Below, one piece after another: positions 1 through 10,232 of a stretch of DNA of 64,000 nucleotides. The notes beneath the pieces were generated by a model that made no database searches, was not told the DNA's origin, and saw only the letters and a list, made by a program, of their open reading frames with translations. The position numbers and the translations under genes are program-made. Position 1 is the first letter of the stretch. Each line of letters starts with the position of its first letter. Origin of the DNA: a virus. The stretch covers positions 1 through 64,000 of IMG/VR virus record IMGVR_UViG_3300021961_000054. One strand, 5' to 3'.

Positions 1-2
1 GA

Positions 3-3000
3 AGTGGACTAGATTTAGGAAGTGTATCGTCAGAAGAATATAAAACTTTTAGGTCTACTTTAGAAAAAGAAATCCTTAACGCCAATAGTTTAAAAGACTA
101 TGAAGGGTTAATATATTTTACAGGTGCTGGGTCATTCTTAGATCAAATAAAAAAAATCGAAGAAAAATTCTTAACCAAACGACAGGAGGTCGAAGAAGGA
201 CTAACAAACCAAATAAAAGAACAATTCCAAAACAAAAATAATGGTCTAGGATTCCAACCAACAATGAGGAATGTTATGGCCGTATTTTTTGCTCAAGGTG
301 AAGCCTTTTTAAGAATGTTAGATGATGTTCACGAAAAAGCTTGGAGTATTAGGGATGATGAAAATAGAAAAAAAGCGATATACAATACAAGCACCTCAGC
401 ACCAAGTGTTGATTATGTCGACTCAGATACCAACGCACCAATATACCCATGGCCACAAGTAATTGGTGAAGTATTAGAGGAAGGTAAAGAAAAGTATGTT
501 TTAAAATATCCAGGAGATGAGGATATAGCAACAAAGATAAACGCATATGTCCCTGAAATTTGGCCAGAGGTACAGTTTGTCGAGGAGTATTTGAAAGGAC
601 TAACAGAAAAAGCCGCACCAGTTTTTGAGGATAATAGTACCGGTAATTTTATAAATAAACCAGATAGGTTTAGCTTTAACGCTATTGAATTTACAATTGG
701 CAATGATGTCTACCAAAACACAGAAGAGGCTAAGTTTTTCTATGAAATTTATGAAAGAATGTATTTAAATTCATTCTATTCTAAAATGAATAGAGATAGT
801 ATTAAACAATATGCTATTAATAATTTTATATCAGAATCTGAAACATTAGATATCGTAAAAGCACTTGGGACGAACAACCCATTTTTAACAAAAAAGTTAA
901 AGGAGTATAATGTTACAGAAAATTATTTAGGGTTTTTAAGACACATCTCAAATCAAGGACAAGGTGTATCATGGCAAAATTATATTAGAGGTGAGTTTAA
1001 TACACCATACATAACTAATGATATAAACAATTCATTCTTATTTTATAAAGGAAGTATTTTAGATGATAATAAAGCATTACCAAATTTATCATTAAAAAAT
1101 GAAGACCAAGTAATTAATTATTTTGGAGAAACAAGTGTTAATGATAATTTTGATTTTACAGACGTATATCCATTAACAAACATTACTTGGTGTAATCAGT
1201 ACTTAGCTAATGGTAGTACACTTCAGTCAGAGGCCGACATTTTTAGAACTAGTACAACATTAGAGTATAACACACCAATAAAGCTAGTTAAAAATAAAGA
1301 TTTATATCCAATAACTAATTTTAATTACAAATCAAACGTATTTAACCAAACACCAAATACACAGAATTTAAAAACTTTTTATGATAATAGATCAATACCA
1401 ACACAATACGTAACAGAAGGTGATGTTTATTATGATGGGTATAGTGGTGAATTAAGTGAAACACAAACAACATCAATATTAAACACACCAATATTTATAA
1501 ATGCGATACAAGAAGGTGTTAATAATTATATGTATAATTCTGAAAATTCAGATAGTAATTATCCATATACAACAGCCGCATACGTCTTTTTAAATAGTTT
1601 ACCATTAGCAACATTAAGGGATAAATATAAAGAATATAATGAGAATGGAACTGCAACACCAAAAGGATATATATTACCATCGTTATTAAAGTTTGGAGCG
1701 ATACATGAATTACCATATGCGTGGGTACTTAGATATGGGTCAATATGGCATAGGTATAAAAAATACAAAGAAACTAATGAGGATATTCTAGATAATGTTT
1801 GGAAAAATACTGATTTTATCAAAAACTACGACCCATTCTATAGCGCGACAACAACACAATATAATATAAATCTTAATGGTGAACAATATGATATAGTATT
1901 AAATGATACTATCACAAATGCTGGGCTTGATAAAGAAACTATAAATACTGGGTTTTATCCAAAGCTAATTAATGATTTTAATTATTTCTTACAAGGTAAA
2001 AAACTATTTAAAGAAACTACAAAAATAACAGGAACATATTTTGTTAGTGGCGATATATTAGAGGTTGTTACAATAAACTACCCAGCTTTAGAACCAAATT
2101 TAATATTATCTAGTAGTACTTTTGATTTAGGAACAAAAATAGTTTCACAAGTAAGTGGAACACAAGGAGGTGTTGGTACATATATAATAACACCATCACA
2201 ATCAGTCAATGTTCAAATCCCCGCTTTACCAGTAAATTTTGTTGTTACAAATAAAGAAACTGGAGGGTATGGATCACAAACAATCCAAGACACTATAGAT
2301 AGTAATACTTTTAAATTAATAACATCTAGTGATAATATAATAAACAAACCATTTGGTTTTGATTTATTAAATCTTAATAGTAGTTTAAACATAACACCAT
2401 GGAGTTCATTTGTTTATACCAATGATAATAATTCAGTATATCTTATGCCATCTTTAGGGTCTAGTGTAAATCAAGTAAATGATGAGTGTTTTAATATTTT
2501 TGGTAATGAAGTTATTGACGTAACAACAAACCCAGCAATACACAATGGGTCTATTAGAACATTTTGGGACGCACCAAACTATGGTTATTTTGATGTTACT
2601 AATTTACAAAAACCAGGTCCAGATCAGTATTTAAGAGAAATTTTTAATGACGATGAAGAACAACAAAATTTTGGATTATTTAGTACACAAGATAATTATA
2701 GTACTATAAGTGAGTTATTAACAACATTTTCATCTGACGTTTTAGACAAATTTGAAACACAGTTTTTATATTTTAGTAAATCAATTTATGACTTTGAAAG
2801 TAATCTATCACCAAGAGCAACTGACTTTAGAATTGAGGAGACTTATGAAAACTTCCAAGGACTAATGAGAGAGATGTTTAAAATAGATGAGAACATTACT
2901 AATGAGTCTGGAACACCACTTATTGATGAATTAAAAGAAAAACAAAAACAAAAAATACAAAAAACATTAGATAATTTTATTAATTACACAGTTGTTTTTA

Positions 3001-5162
3001 AACAGGGAAATCCATCTAACTTTGATAAAAGACTATTTTATTCCTTTTCTAATAAGTCTATTATTAATCCATATACATTTAATAATTATACACCAGGAAC
3101 TTTACCATCTTTAGGTGGAACAATAACTTTAGCACAATCTAAAACACAATACCCTGAAACTTGGGCAGCATTAGAAACCTATGTTGGATTTTCAGAAATT
3201 TTAGAACTACAATATAAAGACACAGGATCTTATATCACAGACTTTTTTATTGATAATAATATTGAGTTTAGTGTTAATAACATCAAAACACTTAGTCCAA
3301 TAATTAAGATATATGCAACCCAAAAATTAAAAGACCCAACACTTAATAAAAGTAAATTTTATTCATTAATGGATGAATATATTACAAAAGGTGAAGAATA
3401 TTTAAACATAATACTAAATAATACATTTACACAATTAAGACCAAAATTACCAGATGTTAAAGTAACTCCATCTAGTGAAGGTGTTAAATTTAAAGAATAT
3501 AGTGGAGACCTTAGTAGATATGAAATGTGGGATATGTTTAAATCTATTAATGATAAATGGATATCGGGAGCCGATTTAAAAACTAAAACATTATTTGAAG
3601 ATATATTAATTCTTGATAGGGCTAGTAGAGACGTTGGAGATAAAGTTTTTGTTGATATATTTAAACTACAAAATCTAATCTCATCTTCTAACTACAACAA
3701 TAGAATGTTAGGTATTATTGAAGGCATTTTTGTAGATAATAGGTTTAAGTCATTTATACTACCTTCTTATGCTAATTTTTATAATGTACAGGATGCTAGT
3801 AAAAACCCAACACCAAAACCAGAAGGAACGTTAGAATTTGCTAATTCATTATTTGGGACATTTTTAAATGTGGATTACAGAGATACTACTGCAAAATATA
3901 TTGGAATTTATTCATATGTACCAAGTCAACATTTAGCAATGAATGAAAATGTTGATTATAGGTATAGAGATGATGCATTTGATTTAAGAAGAGCAACTGA
4001 CAACCCATTACTTGAAAATCAAGCGGGCAAGACAAACTGGGATAAGTCAAATAAAGTTGTTGGGTTTAATGTTGATTTTGGACCTCAAAACCAACAAGTA
4101 TTCAAACAACTAGATATTTCACAAGACCCAGGGTTACCAACAGCAGAATCAGAACAAGTGGTAACACAAATGGCAAATTTGTACCGAAATAGACAAGGAT
4201 CAACACAAAGTGCTTCACTTTATAATGTTTATCGCAATAGAAGTTACAAGTGTTCAATAGATATGATGGGTAACGCATTAATACAACCAACTATGTATTT
4301 TAATTTAAGACATATACCAATGTTTAGTGGGCCATATATGATTACTAAAGTATCGCATAGAATTAACTTGAATGGTTTTGATACGACATTTGAGGGACAA
4401 CGACAACCATTTTATAGTATACCGTCTATTGATAATTTACTACAGTCATTGAGTACACAAATATTAAAATCAATAAAAGAAAGAGTTGAATCACAAGAAA
4501 AAGTTATAAATGATAGAAATACTGAAATTGCGTTAAAATCTAGCGTTGTAAATAAAGCAAACACTATAGAAGCCACATTAACACAAAATCAATCATGTCA
4601 AGAAAAACTAAACACATCGTTTACTCAATATACAAATCAAACACCAACTGAGACAACAATTACTTTTGGTAATGCGAAACAAATTATAGAAAATAGAATA
4701 AATACAATAACAACATTACCTACAGTAAACAAGGCTAAATTATTGTTATTTATAATGTCTACTATGTATATTGAAAGTGGTAAAGGACAAAAATTTGTAT
4801 CATATGATCACAATTATTCCGGAATTAGATTAGATATAAATCCATATGGAGCTGCCGCGACAACATATTTTAAAAATACATATTACTGTATTAATAGGGG
4901 TGAGATTAAAAATATTCCATATGTTTCATTTACAAATTTTGAAAATTTTGTTGATTTCTTTATCGCTAAATATCGGGATAAGATTTCATCTCTACAACTT
5001 TTTGAGGATAATGACACTCAGAACATCAAAAATATAACTAGAGCCTATGTAATTAGTTGGCCAAGTAATATTGAGGTTAAAGTTTGGGATGATTTAATTG
5101 ATAGTACAAAAGAAAAGTTACAAGAAAAAGTAAACGTTATATATCAATATTTATTACCATAA
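3..5162 (+). CDS. Giant virion structural protein, probable baseplate hub/tail-associated protein (5' end outside window)
   Basis: Frame of ORF 264..5162 is open back to position 3. Segment GNALIQPTMYFNL..FSGPYMITKVSHRINLNGFDTTFEG resembles the C-terminal motif of gp27/GpD/VgrG hub proteins; last domain (MYIESGKG..DHNYSGI) is weakly glucosaminidase-like. Confidence 0.55.
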   Translation, partial: SGLDLGSVSSEEYKTFRSTLEKEILNANSLKDYEGLIYFTGAGSFLDQIKKIEEKFLTKRQEVEEGLTNQIKEQFQNKNNGLGFQPTMRNVMAVFFAQGEAFLRMLDDVHEKAWSIRDDENRKKAIYNTSTSAPSVDYVDSDTNAPIYPWPQVIGEVLEEGKEKYVLKYPGDEDIATKINAYVPEIWPEVQFVEEYLKGLTEKAAPVFEDNSTGNFINKPDRFSFNAIEFTIGNDVYQNTEEAKFFYEIYERMYLNSFYSKMNRDSIKQYAINNFISESETLDIVKALGTNNPFLTKKLKEYNVTENYLGFLRHISNQGQGVSWQNYIRGEFNTPYITNDINNSFLFYKGSILDDNKALPNLSLKNEDQVINYFGETSVNDNFDFTDVYPLTNITWCNQYLANGSTLQSEADIFRTSTTLEYNTPIKLVKNKDLYPITNFNYKSNVFNQTPNTQNLKTFYDNRSIPTQYVTEGDVYYDGYSGELSETQTTSILNTPIFINAIQEGVNNYMYNSENSDSNYPYTTAAYVFLNSLPLATLRDKYKEYNENGTATPKGYILPSLLKFGAIHELPYAWVLRYGSIWHRYKKYKETNEDILDNVWKNTDFIKNYDPFYSATTTQYNINLNGEQYDIVLNDTITNAGLDKETINTGFYPKLINDFNYFLQGKKLFKETTKITGTYFVSGDILEVVTINYPALEPNLILSSSTFDLGTKIVSQVSGTQGGVGTYIITPSQSVNVQIPALPVNFVVTNKETGGYGSQTIQDTIDSNTFKLITSSDNIINKPFGFDLLNLNSSLNITPWSSFVYTNDNNSVYLMPSLGSSVNQVNDECFNIFGNEVIDVTTNPAIHNGSIRTFWDAPNYGYFDVTNLQKPGPDQYLREIFNDDEEQQNFGLFSTQDNYSTISELLTTFSSDVLDKFETQFLYFSKSIYDFESNLSPRATDFRIEETYENFQGLMREMFKIDENITNESGTPLIDELKEKQKQKIQKTLDNFINYTVVFKQGNPSNFDKRLFYSFSNKSIINPYTFNNYTPGTLPSLGGTITLAQSKTQYPETWAALETYVGFSEILELQYKDTGSYITDFFIDNNIEFSVNNIKTLSPIIKIYATQKLKDPTLNKSKFYSLMDEYITKGEEYLNIILNNTFTQLRPKLPDVKVTPSSEGVKFKEYSGDLSRYEMWDMFKSINDKWISGADLKTKTLFEDILILDRASRDVGDKVFVDIFKLQNLISSSNYNNRMLGIIEGIFVDNRFKSFILPSYANFYNVQDASKNPTPKPEGTLEFANSLFGTFLNVDYRDTTAKYIGIYSYVPSQHLAMNENVDYRYRDDAFDLRRATDNPLLENQAGKTNWDKSNKVVGFNVDFGPQNQQVFKQLDISQDPGLPTAESEQVVTQMANLYRNRQGSTQSASLYNVYRNRSYKCSIDMMGNALIQPTMYFNLRHIPMFSGPYMITKVSHRINLNGFDTTFEGQRQPFYSIPSIDNLLQSLSTQILKSIKERVESQEKVINDRNTEIALKSSVVNKANTIEATLTQNQSCQEKLNTSFTQYTNQTPTETTITFGNAKQIIENRINTITTLPTVNKAKLLLFIMSTMYIESGKGQKFVSYDHNYSGIRLDINPYGAAATTYFKNTYYCINRGEIKNIPYVSFTNFENFVDFFIAKYRDKISSLQLFEDNDTQNIKNITRAYVISWPSNIEVKVWDDLIDSTKEKLQEKVNVIYQYLLP

Positions 5163-5185
5163 AAACCTTTTTTTGGTTTTACTAA

Positions 5186-5192
5186 TATTTAT
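5186..5192 (+). promoter_or_regulatory. TATTTAT putative late promoter element
   Basis: Recurrent intergenic motif, 12 nt upstream of ATG 5205. Confidence 0.5.
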
Positions 5193-5204
5193 AAATAAAA
5201 TGTT

Positions 5205-5432
5205 ATGAGTAATACAAAAGCAATTTTAGATCAATATCTAGGTAAAGATACTAGAATCACAGAAAAAGACGCAGGAAATGGGTTTAAGGAAGTTTGTGAT
5301 TTAGATACTGGTGATTGTTATACTGTTAGACTAAAAGATGGTTTAATTGAAAGAGTTGACAACACTATGAGACAATTTAAAAAAGTTCAGGTTGAAACAA
5401 AATCTGGGATAAAAACATTATTAAATGGTTAA
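5205..5432 (+). CDS. Hypothetical protein (75 aa)
   Basis: ORF track; co-oriented, follows TATTTAT; contains VCDLDTGDC. Confidence 0.75.
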   Translation: MSNTKAILDQYLGKDTRITEKDAGNGFKEVCDLDTGDCYTVRLKDGLIERVDNTMRQFKKVQVETKSGIKTLLNG

Positions 5433-5433
5433 G

Positions 5434-6114
5434 ATGGGTTTAGATAAAAAAATTCTAGAAGAAATTACAAGATATAATAGGATTAATACCTATATCATGG
5501 AACAAGACGCACCGCTTGGCGATCTTCCACCACCACCAGGAGGTGAAGCTCCAGTTGGAGAATTAGGTGACGCACCACCAGCAGAAGGGGCGCCGCCACC
5601 AGCAGAAGGCGCGGCAACAACTCCACCACCAGCGCCAGAAACCGCAGAACCTATTGACATTAAAAATGATGAAGATGTTGAAGAGGTTGATGCTGAAGAA
5701 GAAGAAGAAGGTGGTGAAGATGAGGAATTAGATATTACAGATTTAGTTGACACACAAAAAAGTATGTCAGAAAAACAAGAAGAATATTTTGATAATTTAT
5801 TTTCACAACTATCAAACCTAGAACAGAAACTTGGTGATATGGATGAGTTAGTTAATAAAATTAATTCACTTGAAAGTAAAATTAGTGAATTAAAACCAAA
5901 AACACCTAAAGAAAAATTAGAATTAAGAAGCTTAGATTCCGGACCATTTAATCAAAAATTATCCGACTTTTTTACAGATAAAGAAGATGAGATGAAACAA
6001 AGTGGTAAAAATGATTATGTTTTAACCAGTGATGAGGTTGAGGAATATTCACCGGAAGAAATCAAAAGATCTTTTATTAATTATGATGAAGATAATGACA
6101 ATAATATGATGTGA
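5434..6114 (+). CDS. Acidic, Pro-rich coiled-coil protein; possible head scaffold/internal protein
   Basis: ORF 5425..6114, start likely ATG 5434 just after the upstream stop; ILEE/IMEQ motifs, PPP/AEGA low complexity, acidic run, heptad coiled coil. Confidence 0.55.
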   Translation: MGLDKKILEEITRYNRINTYIMEQDAPLGDLPPPPGGEAPVGELGDAPPAEGAPPPAEGAATTPPPAPETAEPIDIKNDEDVEEVDAEEEEEGGEDEELDITDLVDTQKSMSEKQEEYFDNLFSQLSNLEQKLGDMDELVNKINSLESKISELKPKTPKEKLELRSLDSGPFNQKLSDFFTDKEDEMKQSGKNDYVLTSDEVEEYSPEEIKRSFINYDEDNDNNMM

Positions 6115-6120
6115 TTTTTA

Positions 6121-6146
6121 GAGGGGAAAAATTTCCCCTCATTTTT
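6121..6146 (+). terminator. Rho-independent terminator
   Basis: GAGGGGAA...TTCCCCTC stem followed by ATTTTT directly after the stop at 6114. Confidence 0.75.
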
Positions 6147-6221
6147 AAACTTTATTTATTGACTGCGACAAAAAAATAACTTATATTTTCTATTGTAAAC
6201 TTTTAAAAACAAATACATAAT

Positions 6222-7082
6222 ATGGCGACAAACAATGTTTTAGATGCGGTTTTGGCTCAGTATGAAAGCTCAAAACAAAGTGGTTCTTCTTCCACTTCAA
6301 AAATGTCACAAGAAGAAAGAATGAAAAAGTATTTCGCTGCAATTCTATCAAAGGATGAAAAGCAAGGACAGCGAAGAGTTAGAATTCTACCAACAGTAGA
6401 TGGGTCATCACCATTTAAAGAAGTTTGGTTTCACGAACTTTATATTGATGGTAAATGGCAAAAATTCTACGATCCAGGAAAGAATGATAACGAACAATCT
6501 CCACTTAACGAAGTTTATGAAGAACTTATGTCAACAGGAAAAGATTCTGATAAAGAGTTGGCAAAACAATATAAAGCAAGAAAGTTTTATATCGTTAAAG
6601 TAATTGACAGAGACAAAGAAGAAGACGGACCAAAGTTTTGGAGGTTTAAACACAACTACAAGCAAGAAGGAATTTTTGATAAAATTATTCCTATCTACAA
6701 AGCTAAAGGAGATGTTGCAGACCCAGAAAAAGGGAGAGACCTAATCCTAGAGCTTACAAAAGCAAAAACACCAAAAGGTGCAATTTACACTGTAATCCAA
6801 ACGGTAATGTATGACGATCCAGCTCCAGTACACACAGATGAAGAAACAATGAACACTTGGGTTAATGATGAATTAACTTGGGAAGATGTATACTCTAAAA
6901 AACCAATTGAGTATCTTGAAGCAATCGCAAGAGGTGAAACACCAAGATGGGACTCTGACGCAGGTAAGTATGTGTATGGGGACTCAAGTGAAGCTGAAAT
7001 CACTATTGGTGGAAACAAAAAACAAGAAACTGTTCTTGATCCACAAGTAAATGATGACGTTGATGATGAACTACCATTCTAA
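6222..7082 (+). CDS. Single-stranded DNA-binding protein, T4 gp32-like
   Basis: VRILP..DGSSPFKEVWFH, GRDLILELTK and acidic tail DDVDDELPF; directly upstream of the recombinase. Confidence 0.8.
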   Translation: MATNNVLDAVLAQYESSKQSGSSSTSKMSQEERMKKYFAAILSKDEKQGQRRVRILPTVDGSSPFKEVWFHELYIDGKWQKFYDPGKNDNEQSPLNEVYEELMSTGKDSDKELAKQYKARKFYIVKVIDRDKEEDGPKFWRFKHNYKQEGIFDKIIPIYKAKGDVADPEKGRDLILELTKAKTPKGAIYTVIQTVMYDDPAPVHTDEETMNTWVNDELTWEDVYSKKPIEYLEAIARGETPRWDSDAGKYVYGDSSEAEITIGGNKKQETVLDPQVNDDVDDELPF

Positions 7083-7097
7083 ATCTTATTAAAATAG

Positions 7098-7131
7098 TGT
7101 GGATATATTAATTACAATGTATCCACATTTT
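7098..7131 (+). terminator. Hairpin/terminator between SSB and RecA genes
   Basis: TGTGGATATATT / AATGTATCCACA inverted repeat (one G-U pair) followed by TTTT. Confidence 0.6.
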
Positions 7132-7153
7132 CTTATATTTTTAAAAAAAACAT

Positions 7154-8158
7154 ATGGCAATAAAGAAAAATGATTTTAGTTCGGTTAAGAAAAAATTTTC
7201 ATCTGAAGCTAAATACAAACAACAAAAATATTTTGATCTTGGTTCTGAATTTTTAGACGCTGTTGGACTACCAGGACCTGCAATTGGACATATTAATATG
7301 TTCTTAGGTCATTCAGATACCGGAAAAACAACAGCACTTGTAAAAACTGCAGTTGACGCACAAAAGAAAGGAACATTACCTGTTTTTATTATCACGGAAC
7401 AAAAATGGTCGTTTGATCACGCTAAGTTAATGGGATTTGAATGTGAAGAAGTTGTTGATGAAGAAACTGGAGAACTTGATTGGGATGGATTCTTTATATT
7501 TAATAACAATTTTGAATACATTGAACAAATCACAGAATACATTAATGATATGTTAGACGCACAAGAAAAGGGTGAATTAGATTATAATTTATTATTTTTA
7601 TGGGATTCGGTTGGTTCAGTACCATGTAAAATGACTTACGAAGGTAAGGGTGGTAAACAACATAACGCATCAGTACTTGCGGATAAAATTGGTATGGGAA
7701 TTAACCAAAGGATTTCTGGGTCTAGAAAAACTAGCACTAAATATGAAAACACTTTAGTAATCGTTAACCAACCTTGGGTTGAATTACCAGACAATCCATT
7801 TGGACAACCAAAAATTAAAGCAAAAGGTGGTGAGGCAATTTGGTTAAATTCATCTTTAGTATTTTTGTTTGGTAATCAAAAAGGTGCTGGAACTACAAAA
7901 ATTACAGCAACAAAAGACAAGAGAACTGTTAAATTCGCATCAAGAACAAAAGTATCTGTAATGAAAAACCACATCAACGGACTTGGATTTGAAGATGGTA
8001 AAATTATTGTAACTCCACATGGATTTTTAGCGGGTAAAGACGCAGCGGAGGAGAAAAAATCAATTGAGGAATACAAAAAAGAAAATGCAGATTATTGGAA
8101 AAATATTATTGGAACAGAAGGTGATTTCGATTTAAAAGAAGAAAAGGTTTATGAATAA
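7154..8158 (+). CDS. recA: RecA/UvsX-like recombinase
   Basis: Walker A GHSDTGKT, Walker B LFLWDSVG, LVIVNQ, KAKGG, VMKNH: RecA-fold motifs in order. Confidence 0.85.
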   Translation: MAIKKNDFSSVKKKFSSEAKYKQQKYFDLGSEFLDAVGLPGPAIGHINMFLGHSDTGKTTALVKTAVDAQKKGTLPVFIITEQKWSFDHAKLMGFECEEVVDEETGELDWDGFFIFNNNFEYIEQITEYINDMLDAQEKGELDYNLLFLWDSVGSVPCKMTYEGKGGKQHNASVLADKIGMGINQRISGSRKTSTKYENTLVIVNQPWVELPDNPFGQPKIKAKGGEAIWLNSSLVFLFGNQKGAGTTKITATKDKRTVKFASRTKVSVMKNHINGLGFEDGKIIVTPHGFLAGKDAAEEKKSIEEYKKENADYWKNIIGTEGDFDLKEEKVYE

Positions 8159-10232
8159 GAATAAATTAAAAGTTGTCTCATTATTTTCTGGATATGGGAC
8201 ACAAGAACTAGCACTAAAGTATATTGGAGTTGACTATGAGAATGTCGCAAACTGCGACATATTAAATAGTGCTAATGAGTGTTATGATGTATTACATAAA
8301 ACAACAAATGGTAATCTAGGAGATGTTTCAAAAGTAGATGAAACAACTTTTCCAGACTGCGATCTTTTAACATATTCATTTCCTTGTTTTACAAAAGATA
8401 CATTAGTATTGACAGATACTGGATACAAAAAGATTATTGATATAGAAATTGGTAATCGTGTTTTAACACACACAAACACATACAAAGAAGTAAAAAACAA
8501 GTTTGAACAAGGTAAAAAAGAAATTTGGAATATTAAATCACCAATATTTGATGAGTTAAAAACAACTAAAAACCACAGATTTTATGTTGTTAGTAAAATT
8601 GGTGGAGATAAAAATAATTTAACAGAACCTTATTGGAAAGAATGTAAGGACTTGACAAGTAACGATTATCTTGGAGTTGCAATAAATCAAAATAGTATTA
8701 TACCAAAGTGGGATGGAATCGAGTTCAAATGGAATGACGGAAGAAAACCAAGATACAAAAATGAGTTATCACAACATATGGATAATGAAGATTTTTGGTG
8801 GTTAATTGGTAGATATATTGGTGACGGCTGGTCAAGACATCAAGCTGGAATAATTATATGTTGTACAAATAAAAATGATTCTGAATTACAAGAAATTAGT
8901 GAAAGATTGGAAAGATTGAAATTTAATGCGGCAGTTGTTAGAGAGAGAACTACATATAAGATACATTTACCAAAAAAAGAAATTGGTTTATTTGTTCAAC
9001 AATTTGGGAAGTATGCTTATGGTAAGAAATTGACTAATACAATTTTTGATTTACCAATAAATCTTTTGAAATCATTTATCCAGGGTTATTTTTCTGCTGA
9101 CGGTAGCTTTTATAAAAATTCAACAAGACAAAGAATTACAAGTGTAAGTCGTGAATTAATTTATGGTATTGGACAATGTATTGCAAAATGTTATAATGTG
9201 TCATATTCTATCTATAAAACAAAAAATAAAGATAAATACATTATTGAGGGTAGATATGTTAATCAAAGAGATAGTTACACAATTGCTTTTGATTTAGACC
9301 AAAGCAAAAATAAAAGATCTTTTTTTGATAATGGTTTTATTTGGACGCCAATTAAAGGTATTATTAATACAAATAATACTGAATTTGTTTATGATATTGA
9401 GGTAGATGAAGACCATTCATTCACAGCAAATGGCTGTATTGCCCATAATTGCCAAGACATTTCAATATCCGGAGTACAAAGAGGAATTCAACAAGGAACA
9501 AGAAGTGGATTATTATTTGAAGTTGAAAGAATTTTAAGTGTTAACAAACCAAAATATCTTTTAATGGAAAATGTAAAAAACTTAGTCTCACACAACCATA
9601 TTGACAAATTTAAAAATCATATTGAATACCTAAAGACATTAGGTTATAGTTCATATTGGAGAGTTTTAAATGGAGCTGATTTTGGTTGTCCACAGAATAG
9701 AGAGAGAGTTTTTATGATGTCAGTACTAGACAGTGATTTTGAAGATGTCAAACAAAAAATGTTAAATGTTGACAATCATAAAAAAGCTAGAGTACCAATG
9801 AGACCTTATATTGAAGAAAATTTTGATGAGTCATTATTAATTGAATGTCCATATACTAGAAGTACACCAAAAACAAATAGTGTATGCAAACTAATCGCAA
9901 GACGTGACGATGTTCGATATGATCAAGCTAGAAGAATTTATTCAGTTGATGGCTGTTCACCTTGTCTCACAACTAGTGGTTCACCACAAATTATGACAGA
10001 GGATGGTAGAGTTAGAAACATCACAGCTAGAGAAGGTTATAGATTTATGGGTGTTAGAGAAGACGATATTGATTTGCTTTTAACAACTTCATTATCAACA
10101 AAAGCACATGTAGCATTAGCCGGAAACTCAATCTGCGTTCCTGTTATGGAAGCTATATTTTCAGAGTTCTTTGTAAATTACTTTTTACAAAAAGAACCAG
10201 TTTTGTCAAATGTATTTAACATTAACGACTAA
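8151..10232 (+). CDS. DNA (cytosine-5)-methyltransferase interrupted by an intein (mature enzyme 338 aa)
   Basis: Motif I SLFSGYG, motif IV SFP|CQDIS split by the insertion, motif VI LMENVKN, motif VIII PQNRERVF, motif X AGNSICVPV. Confidence 0.92.
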   Translation: MNKNKLKVVSLFSGYGTQELALKYIGVDYENVANCDILNSANECYDVLHKTTNGNLGDVSKVDETTFPDCDLLTYSFPCFTKDTLVLTDTGYKKIIDIEIGNRVLTHTNTYKEVKNKFEQGKKEIWNIKSPIFDELKTTKNHRFYVVSKIGGDKNNLTEPYWKECKDLTSNDYLGVAINQNSIIPKWDGIEFKWNDGRKPRYKNELSQHMDNEDFWWLIGRYIGDGWSRHQAGIIICCTNKNDSELQEISERLERLKFNAAVVRERTTYKIHLPKKEIGLFVQQFGKYAYGKKLTNTIFDLPINLLKSFIQGYFSADGSFYKNSTRQRITSVSRELIYGIGQCIAKCYNVSYSIYKTKNKDKYIIEGRYVNQRDSYTIAFDLDQSKNKRSFFDNGFIWTPIKGIINTNNTEFVYDIEVDEDHSFTANGCIAHNCQDISISGVQRGIQQGTRSGLLFEVERILSVNKPKYLLMENVKNLVSHNHIDKFKNHIEYLKTLGYSSYWRVLNGADFGCPQNRERVFMMSVLDSDFEDVKQKMLNVDNHKKARVPMRPYIEENFDESLLIECPYTRSTPKTNSVCKLIARRDDVRYDQARRIYSVDGCSPCLTTSGSPQIMTEDGRVRNITAREGYRFMGVREDDIDLLLTTSLSTKAHVALAGNSICVPVMEAIFSEFFVNYFLQKEPVLSNVFNIND
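8385..9449 (+). mobile_element. Intein with LAGLIDADG homing endonuclease (355 aa)
   Basis: Starts CFTKDTLVLTDTGYKKIIDIEIGNRVLTH (block A), TTKNHRFY (block B), LIGRYIGDG and FIQGYFSADG (endonuclease motifs), ends VYDIEVDEDHSFTANGCIAHN followed by Cys. Confidence 0.95.
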
